DNA of 41,728 nucleotides from Acidimicrobiia bacterium (GTDB lineage Bacteria > Actinomycetota > Acidimicrobiia > Spongiisociales > UBA5794): positions 1-41,728 of the forward strand of contig JAUXCV010000001.1 of assembly GCA_030618675.1 (NCBI GenBank), written 5' to 3'. A program made the position numbers and the translations under genes. Below are positions 1 to 8,985 of the stretch, piece by piece; the first letter of the stretch is position 1, and every line of letters starts with the position of its first letter. The notes under the pieces were generated by a model that was not told where the DNA came from, searched no databases, and saw only the letters and a program-made list of their open reading frames with translations.

Positions 1-1
1 G

Positions 2-529
2 CCGAGCATGCTCCAGGTACCCGGCGCCAAGGACGTTGGTGTCGAGCTGTACACACTGTCGAAGAGTCATTCGATGGCCGGTTGGCGCGTCGGCTTCGTG
101 GTCGGGAACCCGGAGGTGATCGCGGCGTTGGGGCAGTTGAAGTCGTACCTCGACTACGGGACCTTCCAACCCATCCAGATCGCATCGATCATCGCCCTGA
201 ACGAATGCGACGACTACGTCCCGGAGGTCGTCGACATCTACGAACGGCGGCTGGACATCCTCGTCGACGGGCTCAACCGCTTCGGGTGGGAGGTCGAGGA
301 GCCGAAGAGCACGATGTTCGTGTGGGCCAGGATCCCCGAGCCGTACCGGCACATGGACTCGCTGACGTTCGCCCTGCATCTCCTCGACGAGGCGAAGGTC
401 GCCGTGAGCCCGGGCATCGGCTTCGGTCCCTCGGGTGACGGCCACGTGCGTTTCGCGCTCGTGGAGAACGATCAACGCACGGCACAGGCTGTTCGCGGGA
501 TCCGTAATGCCCTGAACCTGGCGGAATAG
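2..529 (+). CDS. Class I/II (PLP-dependent) aminotransferase, C-terminal part; 5' end lies outside the window
   Basis: The frame is open from the window edge. [13 protein letters not shown] carries the PLP-lysine motif typical of aspartate/alanine-type aminotransferases. Stop codon ends at 529. Confidence 0.8.
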   Translation, partial: PSMLQVPGAKDVGVELYTLSKSHSMAGWRVGFVVGNPEVIAALGQLKSYLDYGTFQPIQIASIIALNECDDYVPEVVDIYERRLDILVDGLNRFGWEVEEPKSTMFVWARIPEPYRHMDSLTFALHLLDEAKVAVSPGIGFGPSGDGHVRFALVENDQRTAQAVRGIRNALNLAE

Positions 530-544
530 GGAAGGCCAGAGACG

Positions 545-593
545 ACAGACGACAGCGAAGCCGCCGATCGTCGCGGGTGTGGCTGTTGTCTGT
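545..593. terminator. Candidate bidirectional terminator hairpin between convergent genes
   Basis: ACAGACGACAGC (545-556) pairs with GCTGTTGTCTGT (582-593), giving 12 bp with one G-T. It lies between the stops at 529 (+) and 633 (-). There is no U-tract, so this is a structural call only. Confidence 0.35.
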
Positions 594-632
594 TCGCTGT
601 GGTCCGAGCACCGAGTATCGAGGTGCGAGTCC

Positions 633-2759
633 CTACGACCGCCCGAGCGGGAGGTACGCCTTCTCGGCGTAGTCCTTCAGCATGCGGTGGGTCGAGAACT
701 CCGAGAGGCCGGTGATCATGGCCGATTTCATCATGGCGATCCACGCTCGCGGCAGACCGTCCTCGTCCCGGTCGTAGAACGTCGGAACGACCTCCGATTC
801 GAGCAAGCGGTACAGGGTGTTCGCGTCCTCTTCGTCCGATGAGGAGTGTTCGCCGAATCCCCAGCCGTTGGTGCCGTCGAATCCCTCGACCCACCAGCCG
901 TCGAGGACGCTGAGGTTGAGACCGCCGTTCGCAGCGGACTTCATACCGGAGGTGCCGCTCGCCTCGCGAGGTGGGACCGGCGTATTGAGCCACACGTCGG
1001 ACCCGGTGACCAGGGTCCGTCCGAGTCGCAGGTCGTAGTCCTCGACGAAGAACAGGTGGCCCTCGTATCGTCCGTCGTGGGACATGTCGAAGACGTGCTT
1101 GATGAGCGCTTGACCTTCTCGGTCGGCGGGGTGTGCCTTCCCTGCGAACACGAGTTGGACGGGCCGTTCGGGGTTCTTGAGAATCGCCTCGAGACGGTTC
1201 GGATCGGTGAAGAGCATCCCCGCTCGCTTGTACGTGGCGAACCGCCGGGCGAAGCCGATGGTGAGGCGATCGGCCGGCAGTTGATCGTCGAGCCACCGCA
1301 ACCGACGGGATCCCACACCGTGGCGGGCGTACTCCTCGCGGAGTCGGGTCCGGAGGCGACGGGTCATCAACTCGCGCTGGGACTCGTGGGCGCGCCAGAT
1401 CTTGGCGTCGTCGATGTCCCGTATTGCGCTCCACTCGGCAGGTTCATGGACCCGATCGACCCAGTCGTGGCCGAGGGCGCCCTCAAGGAGGCGCCACATG
1501 GGGCGGCCGAGCCAGGTTGATGGATGAACTCCGTTCGTGACGGCGAACGCCGGTCCTCCGATGAGTTCTCCCCAGTCGCGTGTGACGATGTCCGCATGCC
1601 GGACCGAGACTCCGTTCGTGCGATCTGACAGGCGGATGGCCAACGCTCCCATGTCGAACACGCCGCCGTCGTTCGACCCGCTTCTGGCGAGGCTTCGCTG
1701 GGTCTCGGTGTCGACTCCCTCGATCGTCCCACCGAGGGCTGCAGCTGCGAGCAAGGGGTCGAAGGTCTCGTTCCCCGCGGGTACCGGCGTGTGCAGAGTG
1801 AACAGCGTTCGGTCGGCGACCGATCGCTTCGCTGTTTCGAGATCGTGGCCGGCGACGATCTCCCAGGACAGGCGCTCGAGGAGGCTCAACGCGGCGTGAC
1901 CCTCGTTGACGTGCCACATCGCTGGTTCGATTGCGAGCGCTCGCAGCACCCGCGCTCCACCGATTCCGAGCACGGTCTCCTGCGCGAACCGAGCCTCCCG
2001 GCCTCGCACGTAGAGGATGTGGGTGATCGGACGATCGGCGGGGTCGTTCTCAGGGAGGTTGGTGTCGAGCAAGATCAGGGGTACCCGTCCGACGTCGATC
2101 CGCCATGCTCCGATGGCGACGTCCCGGCCGTTGAGGGCGAGCGACACGCGAAGGGGGCGTCCGCTGTGGGGATCGAGCACTTCGCGAATGGGACGTCTGC
2201 GCATCTCGAGGCGCTGGTACGTGTGCTGCTGCCAGCCGTCGGGATCGACGGCCTGACGGAAGAAGCCACGCCGGTACAGCAGTCCGACTGCGATCAGGGG
2301 GATGCCGAGATCCGACGCCGACTTGACGTGATCACCAGCGAGCACGCCGAGTCCACCCGAGTAGAACGGGAGCTTCTCGTTGATGCCGTACTCGGCGCAG
2401 AGATAGGCAACCGGGCCCTCGAGTTCGCCGCCGTGGTTCGTGTCGAACCAGGTCTGATCGCTCGAGAGATACCGATCGAACCGTTCGACGACCTCGTCGT
2501 AGAGTTCGTTGAAGCTCCCGCTCGCCGCGAGCGCCTCCCAGGTCGAAGGTTCGACCACCTGGAGCAGGCCGATCGGATTGCGCGTGGCGGCCCACGCTTG
2601 CGGATCGATCCGGCTCCACAGATCGCGCGCGACCGGGTCCCACGACCACCAGAGGTTGTATGAGAGGTCGTAGAGCCTGAGAAAATCGCTCGGGATCCGG
2701 AGCGGGACTTTGGGGCCCACCGGGACGGACGCGGCGAGTTGAGAACGGCAGTCGGTCAT
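633..2759 (-). CDS. glgP: Alpha-glucan (glycogen/maltodextrin) phosphorylase, GT35 family
   Basis: 708-aa ORF. N-terminal YDLSYNLWWSWDP and the PLP-lysine block EASGTSGMKSAANGGLNLSVLDGWW are hallmarks of the alpha-glucan phosphorylase family. Confidence 0.9.
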   Translation of the reverse strand: MTDCRSQLAASVPVGPKVPLRIPSDFLRLYDLSYNLWWSWDPVARDLWSRIDPQAWAATRNPIGLLQVVEPSTWEALAASGSFNELYDEVVERFDRYLSSDQTWFDTNHGGELEGPVAYLCAEYGINEKLPFYSGGLGVLAGDHVKSASDLGIPLIAVGLLYRRGFFRQAVDPDGWQQHTYQRLEMRRRPIREVLDPHSGRPLRVSLALNGRDVAIGAWRIDVGRVPLILLDTNLPENDPADRPITHILYVRGREARFAQETVLGIGGARVLRALAIEPAMWHVNEGHAALSLLERLSWEIVAGHDLETAKRSVADRTLFTLHTPVPAGNETFDPLLAAAALGGTIEGVDTETQRSLARSGSNDGGVFDMGALAIRLSDRTNGVSVRHADIVTRDWGELIGGPAFAVTNGVHPSTWLGRPMWRLLEGALGHDWVDRVHEPAEWSAIRDIDDAKIWRAHESQRELMTRRLRTRLREEYARHGVGSRRLRWLDDQLPADRLTIGFARRFATYKRAGMLFTDPNRLEAILKNPERPVQLVFAGKAHPADREGQALIKHVFDMSHDGRYEGHLFFVEDYDLRLGRTLVTGSDVWLNTPVPPREASGTSGMKSAANGGLNLSVLDGWWVEGFDGTNGWGFGEHSSSDEEDANTLYRLLESEVVPTFYDRDEDGLPRAWIAMMKSAMITGLSEFSTHRMLKDYAEKAYLPLGRS

Positions 2760-2869
2760 GTGCGAGAACTCCTCGTGAGGTACTGCGCGAGGCTAGCGTC
2801 GAAGCGTTGTTGAAACCCCGGTGACACCCCGGGGGTCGGTACACAGAGCGACAGCAGAGCGGAGCTGTG

Positions 2870-3802
2870 ATGTCCGGATACGCCATCTTGTTCCCCGGCC
2901 AGGGGAGTCAGAAGGTCGGCATGGGTGCCGGCCTTTTCTCCACGCGCCCCGAGTTGCTGGTCGAGACCGCGGACAGAGTCCTTGGATGGTCGCTCGAAGC
3001 GCTCATCACAGACGGCCCGCAGGAAGAACTGACGAAGACCGAACATGCTCAGCCGGCCCTGTACGCGGTGTCGTACGCCCTGTGGGAGGCGTTGAGCGAT
3101 GCGCTGCCGACACGACCGGCCGCGGCGGCCGGCCACTCCCTCGGGGAGTACACGGCACTGGCGGCTGCGGGAGCGCTCTCGTACGAAGATGGGCTGACGC
3201 TCGTCGCGGAACGAGGCCGAGCGATGGCCGGCGCGCCATCGGCAAGTGACCCTTCGGGCATGGCCGCACTCATCGGCGCCGACCTCGAGCACGCTGAGCG
3301 TATCGCCGCCGACCGGCGAGCGGAAGGCGGAAGACTCTGGGTCGCGAACGTGAACACACCATCACAGATCGTGCTGGCCGGCAGCCGGCTCGACATCGAG
3401 TGGCTCAGCGAGAACGCCCGGTCGCTGGGTATCCGTCGTGCGATCCCTCTCGACGTCGCAGGGGCGTTCCACTCGCCCTACATGGCGCCGGCAGCAGAGC
3501 GACTGAGGACCGCTCTGGAACGGGTCGAGTTCGCGGAGCCGTCATTCACGGTGTATGCGAACACGACGGGACGGCTGGTGGAGGATCCGGTCCGGCAACT
3601 CGGTGAGCAACTGATCCGGCCGGTCCAGTTCGCATCGACGCTCGAGCGGCTGGCGGCCGACGGGATCACGACCTTCATCCACGTCGGGCCGGGAGACGTG
3701 ACGGCCGGTCTCGTCAAACGAACGCTCACGGACGCCGTCGTGCACGTGGTATCCGATCTCGACGGAATCGCCGCCGTCGCGAGCGACCCGTCCGTACAAT
3801 GA
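2870..3802 (+). CDS. fabD: Malonyl-CoA:ACP transacylase
   Basis: Motifs FPGQGSQ and GHSLGEY (active-site Ser). ATG 2870 lies 5 nt after GGAG; the in-frame GTG at 2867 is less well spaced. Confidence 0.92.
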   Translation: MSGYAILFPGQGSQKVGMGAGLFSTRPELLVETADRVLGWSLEALITDGPQEELTKTEHAQPALYAVSYALWEALSDALPTRPAAAAGHSLGEYTALAAAGALSYEDGLTLVAERGRAMAGAPSASDPSGMAALIGADLEHAERIAADRRAEGGRLWVANVNTPSQIVLAGSRLDIEWLSENARSLGIRRAIPLDVAGAFHSPYMAPAAERLRTALERVEFAEPSFTVYANTTGRLVEDPVRQLGEQLIRPVQFASTLERLAADGITTFIHVGPGDVTAGLVKRTLTDAVVHVVSDLDGIAAVASDPSVQ

Positions 3803-3827
3803 CCGATCTGTCCGAGGAGGAACGCGA

Positions 3828-4886
3828 ATGCAGCGAGTGATGATCACCGGCTGGGGCCGATGTATGCCGGAGCCAACCGTCACGAACGACGATCTCGCAA
3901 CCGTCATCGATACGTCGGACGAGTGGATCGCGACGCGCTCCGGCATCCGGCAGCGGAGGGTCTCCCACGTCGACAACTCCGACATGGCGCTTGTTGCGTC
4001 CCGCCACGCCCTGGCGGCCGCCGGACTCGAAGCGACAGACCTCGACTACATCCTCGTGGCGACCTGCACACCCGACCGCTTCATCCCCGCGATGGCCTGC
4101 CACCTCCAGGCGAAGCTCGGCGCCGTGAACGCTGCGGCGACCGACACCAACGCCGGATGCACCGGCTTCATCTACGGACTGAATCTCGCCGCCGGCCTCA
4201 TCGCCACTGGATCGGCCCGCCGCATCCTCCTCCTCGGATCCGAGCGTCTCACGCCGTATCTCGATCTTGAGAACCGTGACACGGCGGTGCTGTTCGGCGA
4301 CGGATCCGGCGCCGTCATCCTCGAACCGTCGGATACCGACGAGGGCATGCAGTCGATCAACGTCGGCTCGGATGGCAATCTCGCCGGAGCGCTGACCATC
4401 GAGGGCGCCGGTTCATCCTGGATGGAGATTCCCTCGCCGGTGCGGGTCGTGATGGACGGCCGCGAGGTGTTCAGGAACGCCGTTGTCGGCATGGGCGCCG
4501 CAGCCGAGAAGGCGCTCGCCGACGCCGGATGGTCGATCGATGAGGTGGATCTGCTGATCCCGCATCAGGCCAACATCAGGATCATCGACGCCACGACGAA
4601 GCGCCTCGGCATCGATCCGGAAAAGGTGTACACGAACATCGACGCATACGGGAACACATCGGCCGCCACGATCCCGATCGCTCTCTCAGAGGCCATCGAC
4701 CGAGGTCGTTTGAAGCCCGGAGCGAAGCTCGTGCTGGTGGCGTTCGGAGCGGGTCTCACCTGGGGAGCTACCGCGATCCAATGGGGTCAGAGGGTCGAGC
4801 CGAAGTCGCTCAGCGATGCCGCGCTCCCGCCGAGCGACCGGACCGGCATCCAGATCATGATCGATCGACAGAGCGCGAGGCAGTGA
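3828..4886 (+). CDS. fabH: 3-oxoacyl-ACP synthase III
   Basis: ITGWGRCMPEPTVTNDDL, AGCTGF (active-site Cys) and HQANIRI/YGNTSAA motifs. GAGGAGG lies upstream. A C-terminal extension of about 30 aa follows the usual GAGLTWGA end. Confidence 0.92.
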   Translation: MQRVMITGWGRCMPEPTVTNDDLATVIDTSDEWIATRSGIRQRRVSHVDNSDMALVASRHALAAAGLEATDLDYILVATCTPDRFIPAMACHLQAKLGAVNAAATDTNAGCTGFIYGLNLAAGLIATGSARRILLLGSERLTPYLDLENRDTAVLFGDGSGAVILEPSDTDEGMQSINVGSDGNLAGALTIEGAGSSWMEIPSPVRVVMDGREVFRNAVVGMGAAAEKALADAGWSIDEVDLLIPHQANIRIIDATTKRLGIDPEKVYTNIDAYGNTSAATIPIALSEAIDRGRLKPGAKLVLVAFGAGLTWGATAIQWGQRVEPKSLSDAALPPSDRTGIQIMIDRQSARQ

Positions 4887-5620
4887 TGAGCCGCGTAGCG
4901 CTGGTCACCGGAGGTTCGCGAGGGATCGGCAGAGCGATCGCGTTGCGTCTTGCATCCGACGGTCACGCCGTCGCTGTCAACTACGCGACGAACAGTGCGG
5001 CGGCCGACGACGTCGTCGCAACCATCACGGGCAACGGCGGGGCAGCGATCGCCGTGAGAGCAGACGTCGGTGACGCCGATGCTGTCGCAGCGATGTTCGA
5101 GGCCGTGGAAGAGGAACTCGGGCGGGTCGACGTGCTCGTCAACAACGCCGGCATCACGCGGGACGACCTGCTGCTGAGAATGGGACCCGAAGCCTGGGAT
5201 CAGGTGATCGAGACGAACCTCCGGTCCGTGTACCTCTGCTCGCGGGCCGCCATGCGCGGCATGCTCCGCTCCCGATGGGGTCGGATCATCTCGGTGAGTT
5301 CCATCTCCGGGATCACAGGGAACCCCGGTCAGGCGAACTACGCGGCGTCGAAGGCGGGGATCATCGGATTCTCGAAGTCGATCGCCCGGGAGATCGGATC
5401 GAGGAACATAACGGTCAACGTGGTTGCTCCGGGTTTCATCGAAACGGACATGACGGAAGAACTCGGAACCGAGATAGCGGAAGAGGTGGCCCGCAGGGTT
5501 GCGGTCGGCCGCCTCGGACGACCGGAGGAGATCGCGGCGGCGGTGGGCTATCTTGCCTCCGACGACGCGGCGTACGTAACGGGTCAGACGCTCGTCGTAG
5601 ACGGCGGTCTGGCCCTGTAG
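4886..5620 (+). CDS. fabG: 3-oxoacyl-ACP reductase (SDR)
   Basis: VTGGSRGIGRA Rossmann motif, NNAG and YAASKAG catalytic motifs. ATG 4886 overlaps the fabH TGA by 1 nt (GTGATG). The upstream part of the 4781 ORF is not SDR-like. Confidence 0.9.
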   Translation: MSRVALVTGGSRGIGRAIALRLASDGHAVAVNYATNSAAADDVVATITGNGGAAIAVRADVGDADAVAAMFEAVEEELGRVDVLVNNAGITRDDLLLRMGPEAWDQVIETNLRSVYLCSRAAMRGMLRSRWGRIISVSSISGITGNPGQANYAASKAGIIGFSKSIAREIGSRNITVNVVAPGFIETDMTEELGTEIAEEVARRVAVGRLGRPEEIAAAVGYLASDDAAYVTGQTLVVDGGLAL

Positions 5621-5644
5621 AACGGCTACTAGGAGGCTGAGACA

Positions 5645-5890
5645 ATGGAGCGCACGGAGATCGAATCGAAGCTGACCGACCTTCTCGTCGATGAGCTTGG
5701 GATCGAGCGTGATGACATCAGGGCAGACGCGACGTTCGAAGAGGATCTCGATGTCGACTCGCTCGGGGTCGTCGAACTGCTCATGGCCCTCGAGGACAAC
5801 TTCGGAGTGAAGATCCCAGACGAGGAAGCCGAGCAGATCACGACGGTGGGCGAGGCGATCGACCTCGTGGAGAAGAAGCTCAACGCGTAG
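5645..5890 (+). CDS. acpP: Acyl carrier protein
   Basis: 81 aa with the LDVDSLGVVEL phosphopantetheine-Ser motif. AGGAGG lies 8 nt upstream. Confidence 0.93.
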   Translation: MERTEIESKLTDLLVDELGIERDDIRADATFEEDLDVDSLGVVELLMALEDNFGVKIPDEEAEQITTVGEAIDLVEKKLNA

Positions 5891-5911
5891 GAGTTGGACT
5901 AGGAGCACATC

Positions 5912-7156
5912 ATGAACGACCGTCGCGTCGTTGTCACCGGCCTCGGCACCGTCAACCCCGTCGCCGGTGACGTCGAAAGCACCTGGCGCGGACTCCTCGA
6001 CGGCACGTCGGGAGTCGGCCCGATCACGTCGATCGAGGCTTCGGACCTGCCGTCGCAGATCGCCGGTGAGATCACAGACTTCGATATCGAGGCCTTCATG
6101 CCCCGACGCCAGGCGAGGCGGATGGATCGGTACGCCCAGCTCTTCTGGGTTGCCGCCCGCGAAGCGCTCGGCGACTCGGGGATCGCCTACGAACCCGATG
6201 ACCCTGCCGCCTACCGGGCAGGCGTTGTCGTCGGCTCCGGGATCGGTGGTGTCACCACGTTCGAAGAGGAGGTGACCACGCTGCTCGAGGTTGGTCCTCA
6301 CCGGTTGAGCCCGTTCGGGATCCCGAAGATCATCGCGAACCTGGCGGGAGGCCAGATCTCGATCGATTTCAATCTCTACGGACCGAACACGACGGCGGTG
6401 ACCGCGTGTGCGGCGTCGGCCAACGCGATCGGCGACGCCGCTGCGATCATCCAGCGAGGAGCGGCCGACGTGATGCTCGCGGGAGGCGCCGATGCCGCCA
6501 TCACGCGACTCGCCATGGGCGGGTTCGCCCAGGCACGGGCCCTGAGCACCCGCAACGATGATCCTCAGGGCGCCAGCCGACCGTTCGACGCGGGCCGTGA
6601 TGGTTTCGTCATGGCGGAAGGTGCCGCAGCTCTGGTGCTCGAAGAGCGGGAACATGCGCTGGAACGCGGTGCGACGGTGTACGCCGAAGTCGTCGGGTAC
6701 GGCATGTCGGCCGACGGCTATCACGTGACGCTGCCCCGTCCCGGCGGCGACGGCGCGGCGAGAGCCATGCAGAGTGCCCTCGACGATGCAGGGATCGCCG
6801 CCGAACAGGTTTCGTACATCAACGCCCACGGGACGTCCACGGCGGCGAACGACGTCACCGAGACCATGGCGATCAAGACCGTGTTCGGTGACCATGCGTA
6901 CCGGGTGCCGATTTCGTCGACGAAGTCGATGACGGGGCACCTGCTCGGCGGGGCAGGGGCAGTTGAGGCCGTCGCCAGCGTGCTCGCGATCCGCGATGGC
7001 ATCGTGCCACCCACGATCAATCTCACGGATCCCGACCCGGAGTGCGATCTCGACTACGTCCCGGGAGAAGCCAGAACCGTCGACGTGCAGTACGCGATGA
7101 GCAACTCCTTCGGCTTCGGCGGCCACAACGTGGTGCTGGTATTCAGTAGTCAGTAG
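5912..7156 (+). CDS. fabF: 3-oxoacyl-ACP synthase II
   Basis: 414 aa. TACAAS (active-site Cys), NAHGTST and GHLLGGAG motifs, ending FGFGGHN. The stop TAG lies inside the CAGTAGT repeat. Confidence 0.93.
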   Translation: MNDRRVVVTGLGTVNPVAGDVESTWRGLLDGTSGVGPITSIEASDLPSQIAGEITDFDIEAFMPRRQARRMDRYAQLFWVAAREALGDSGIAYEPDDPAAYRAGVVVGSGIGGVTTFEEEVTTLLEVGPHRLSPFGIPKIIANLAGGQISIDFNLYGPNTTAVTACAASANAIGDAAAIIQRGAADVMLAGGADAAITRLAMGGFAQARALSTRNDDPQGASRPFDAGRDGFVMAEGAAALVLEEREHALERGATVYAEVVGYGMSADGYHVTLPRPGGDGAARAMQSALDDAGIAAEQVSYINAHGTSTAANDVTETMAIKTVFGDHAYRVPISSTKSMTGHLLGGAGAVEAVASVLAIRDGIVPPTINLTDPDPECDLDYVPGEARTVDVQYAMSNSFGFGGHNVVLVFSSQ

Positions 7157-7274
7157 TCAGTAGTCAGTATCCCGTGTCCGGTTGTCGGTGAAGGCTCTGC
7201 CTGATCTACTGCTTTTCTCAGCTACTCAGCTACTCAGCTACTCAGCTACTCAGCTACTCAGCTACTGATCTACT
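7144..7274. repeat. Composite tandem-repeat element A: (CAGTAGT)x3+CAGTAT, a 32-nt spacer, then a nine-unit 8-mer array including (CAGCTACT)x6
   Basis: Read directly. 7-mers at 7144-7170. 8-mer register at 7203-7274 (GATCTACT, GCTTTTCT, 6x CAGCTACT at 7219-7266, GATCTACT). The AGTAG and CTACT cores are complementary. Confidence 0.95.
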
Positions 7275-7297
7275 TCCTGTCCCTGTACCGTGACGCC

Positions 7298-8497
7298 ATG
7301 ACGCGGTTCGCTGAACCAATCCTGCACGTCGACATGGATTCGTTCTTCGTCGAGGTCGAACGACTCGATCATCCGGAACTGATCGGGAAACCGGTCGCGG
7401 TCGGTGGAACCGGTGGTCGCGGTGTCGTAGCGTCGGCCAGTTACGAGGCCCGCAGCTTCGGAGTGCGGTCGGCCATGCCGGTCGGAGAGGCACGGCGACG
7501 ATGCCCCGGTCTCGTGGTGGTCGACTCATCGCACGGTCGCTACGGCGCCGTTTCGGCAGAGATCTTCGAGATCATGCGCTCGTTCACACCGCTCGTCGAG
7601 GGGATATCCATCGATGAAGCGTTCCTCGACGTGTCCGGACTCAGGCTCCACTATCGGTCGGTCGAGGAGATCGGTACAGAGATCAGAGTGGCGATCAGAG
7701 AGCAGATCGGTATCCCGGCGTCGGTCGGGATCGCAGCGAACAAGTTCGTCGCGAAACTCGCATCGAAACACGCGAAGCCCGATGGCATGCTGCTCATCGT
7801 TGCGGGAACGGAACTCGACTTCCTCCACCCCCTCGACATCGGTGAGTTGTGGGGCGTGGGCGAGGCGACGGAGAAGTCGCTCGGCGATCTCGGGATCCGA
7901 ACCATCGGCGATCTCGCCGGCACTCCGGCCGTTCTGCTGGAACACCGGATCGGGAAAGCAGCGGCGCAGCACCTCGGGGCGCTGGCCCGGGCCCAGGATC
8001 CTCGCGCCGTCGAGGGAGGGACACCGGCCCGGTCGATCTCGTCGGAGAGCACGTTCGCCCGGGACCTCGGCGATCGGGACACGATCGAGCGTGAGACGCT
8101 CAGGCTGTGTGACCAGGTTGCAGCACGCTTGGCGAAGGCGGGAGTTGCCGGTCACACGGTCACGCTCAAGGTCCGGTTCTCCGACTTCGCCACGATCAGC
8201 CGTTCGTCGCGGCACCAGGAACCGATCGCCTCTACGGCGGAGATCTGGGAGACCGCCGGCGCGCTTGTCGATCGTGCCGCGATCGGTACAAGGTCCGTCC
8301 GCTTGCTCGGAGTGGCGGTGAGCGATCTCGTCGACGTCGGGGGCGCTAGGCAGATGGTGCTCGGTCACGAGCGGATCGACGCTGCGGCCGAAGCCGTCGA
8401 CGGTGTCAGGGATCGGTTCGGTGCCGGTGCCGTCATCCCAGCCAGAGTTGCGCCATCCCCAAGGGATCCGAACCACCGGCCTTGCGATGAAGGCTGA
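7298..8497 (+). CDS. dinB: DNA polymerase IV (Y-family)
   Basis: ILHVDMDSFFVEVE and SIDEAFLDV motifs, 399 aa. There is no SD. The TAnnnT-type hexamer TACCGT (7286-7291) ends 6 nt before the ATG, so the mRNA may be leaderless. Confidence 0.92.
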   Translation: MTRFAEPILHVDMDSFFVEVERLDHPELIGKPVAVGGTGGRGVVASASYEARSFGVRSAMPVGEARRRCPGLVVVDSSHGRYGAVSAEIFEIMRSFTPLVEGISIDEAFLDVSGLRLHYRSVEEIGTEIRVAIREQIGIPASVGIAANKFVAKLASKHAKPDGMLLIVAGTELDFLHPLDIGELWGVGEATEKSLGDLGIRTIGDLAGTPAVLLEHRIGKAAAQHLGALARAQDPRAVEGGTPARSISSESTFARDLGDRDTIERETLRLCDQVAARLAKAGVAGHTVTLKVRFSDFATISRSSRHQEPIASTAEIWETAGALVDRAAIGTRSVRLLGVAVSDLVDVGGARQMVLGHERIDAAAEAVDGVRDRFGAGAVIPARVAPSPRDPNHRPCDEG

Positions 8498-8506
8498 AAG
8501 GACCCG

Positions 8507-8534
8507 TTACGCGTAAGTGTCGTACCGGTATACT
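8507..8534 (+). promoter_or_regulatory. Candidate promoter with two palindromes upstream of the DUF3040/MerR-like pair
   Basis: TTACGC (8507-8512), a 16-nt spacer, then TATACT (8529-8534). It contains the perfect palindromes TTACGCGTAA (8507-8516) and TACCGGTA (8523-8530). Confidence 0.3.
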
Positions 8535-8570
8535 GTGAGTGGGAACCGGATCGACGCGGAGGCTGGCCGA

Positions 8571-8912
8571 ATGGCGCTGGACGATCGAGAGCAGAAGATC
8601 CTCGAAGAGATCGAACGCAACCTCTATGCCGAGGATCCCAAACTCGCGCAAACGGTCGCCAAGACCGATCTGTCGACCCGTATCAGGCGACGCCGACTCC
8701 TCGCAGGAATCGGCTTCTTCATCGGACTGGCGATCATGCTCGGAACCTTCACGAGGTTCTCATATCTCGCCGGTCTTGGGTTCATCTTGATGGTGGCATC
8801 TGCCGCCACGATCGCTACGACGATGCGTGGGATGCGGGCCGATCGGACCGCCTCGTTCTCCGTTTCCGGATGGATGGATGACGCCAGAGAACGTTGGCGT
8901 CGAGAACGCTAA
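8571..8912 (+). CDS. DUF3040-type small membrane protein
   Basis: The N-terminus DDREQKILEEIERNLYAEDPKLA followed by two hydrophobic segments matches the DUF3040 pattern. ATG 8571 has GGAGG 8 nt upstream. The GTG at 8517 would lie upstream of the putative -10. Confidence 0.75.
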   Translation: MALDDREQKILEEIERNLYAEDPKLAQTVAKTDLSTRIRRRRLLAGIGFFIGLAIMLGTFTRFSYLAGLGFILMVASAATIATTMRGMRADRTASFSVSGWMDDARERWRRER

Positions 8913-8985
8913 GATTGCGTTTCCCGCGAGGGATCACAAGGATTTACGAACCGGCCGGGCGGCCGGAGAACGATGGGGAAAACGC

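Noticed and set aside
2816-2834. CCCCGG-N7-CCGGGG hairpin in the glgP/fabD divergent region
   Set aside because: It lies between two divergent starts, so it is not a terminator. A 6-bp GC stem is expected by chance at this GC content, and I recognise no operator consensus.
4787-7126. A 779-aa ORF antisense to fabG-acpP-fabF
   Set aside because: It runs opposite three strongly supported genes and straight through their intergenic spacers. The translation is Arg/Gly/Asp-rich low-complexity sequence with no recognisable motif. This is typical open antisense frame in high-GC DNA.
7182-7190. TTGTCGGTG upstream of dinB (and again at 41711-41719) resembles the first half of the mycobacterial RecA-independent DNA-damage promoter motif (tTGTCRgtg-N8-TAnnnT)
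   Set aside because: At 7182-7190 the sequence 8 nt downstream is GCCTGA, not TAnnnT, and the site lies about 108 nt from the ATG with the repeat array in between. At 41711 the window ends where the -10 would be, and position 41728 is C. A 9-mer recurring once in 42 kb is not compelling by itself. It is more safely treated as part of the shared repeat-family sequence.
7203-7274. The tandem 8-mers might be a CRISPR-like array
   Set aside because: The units are 8 bp and directly abutting, with no spacers and no cas genes. It is a microsatellite-type array, not CRISPR.
7305-7317. GGTTCGCTGAACC palindrome at the dinB start, considered as a LexA/SOS box
   Set aside because: The actinobacterial SOS box is TCGAAC-N4-GTTCGA. 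Here the half-sites are in the opposite order with 3-nt spacing, and the site lies inside the coding sequence.
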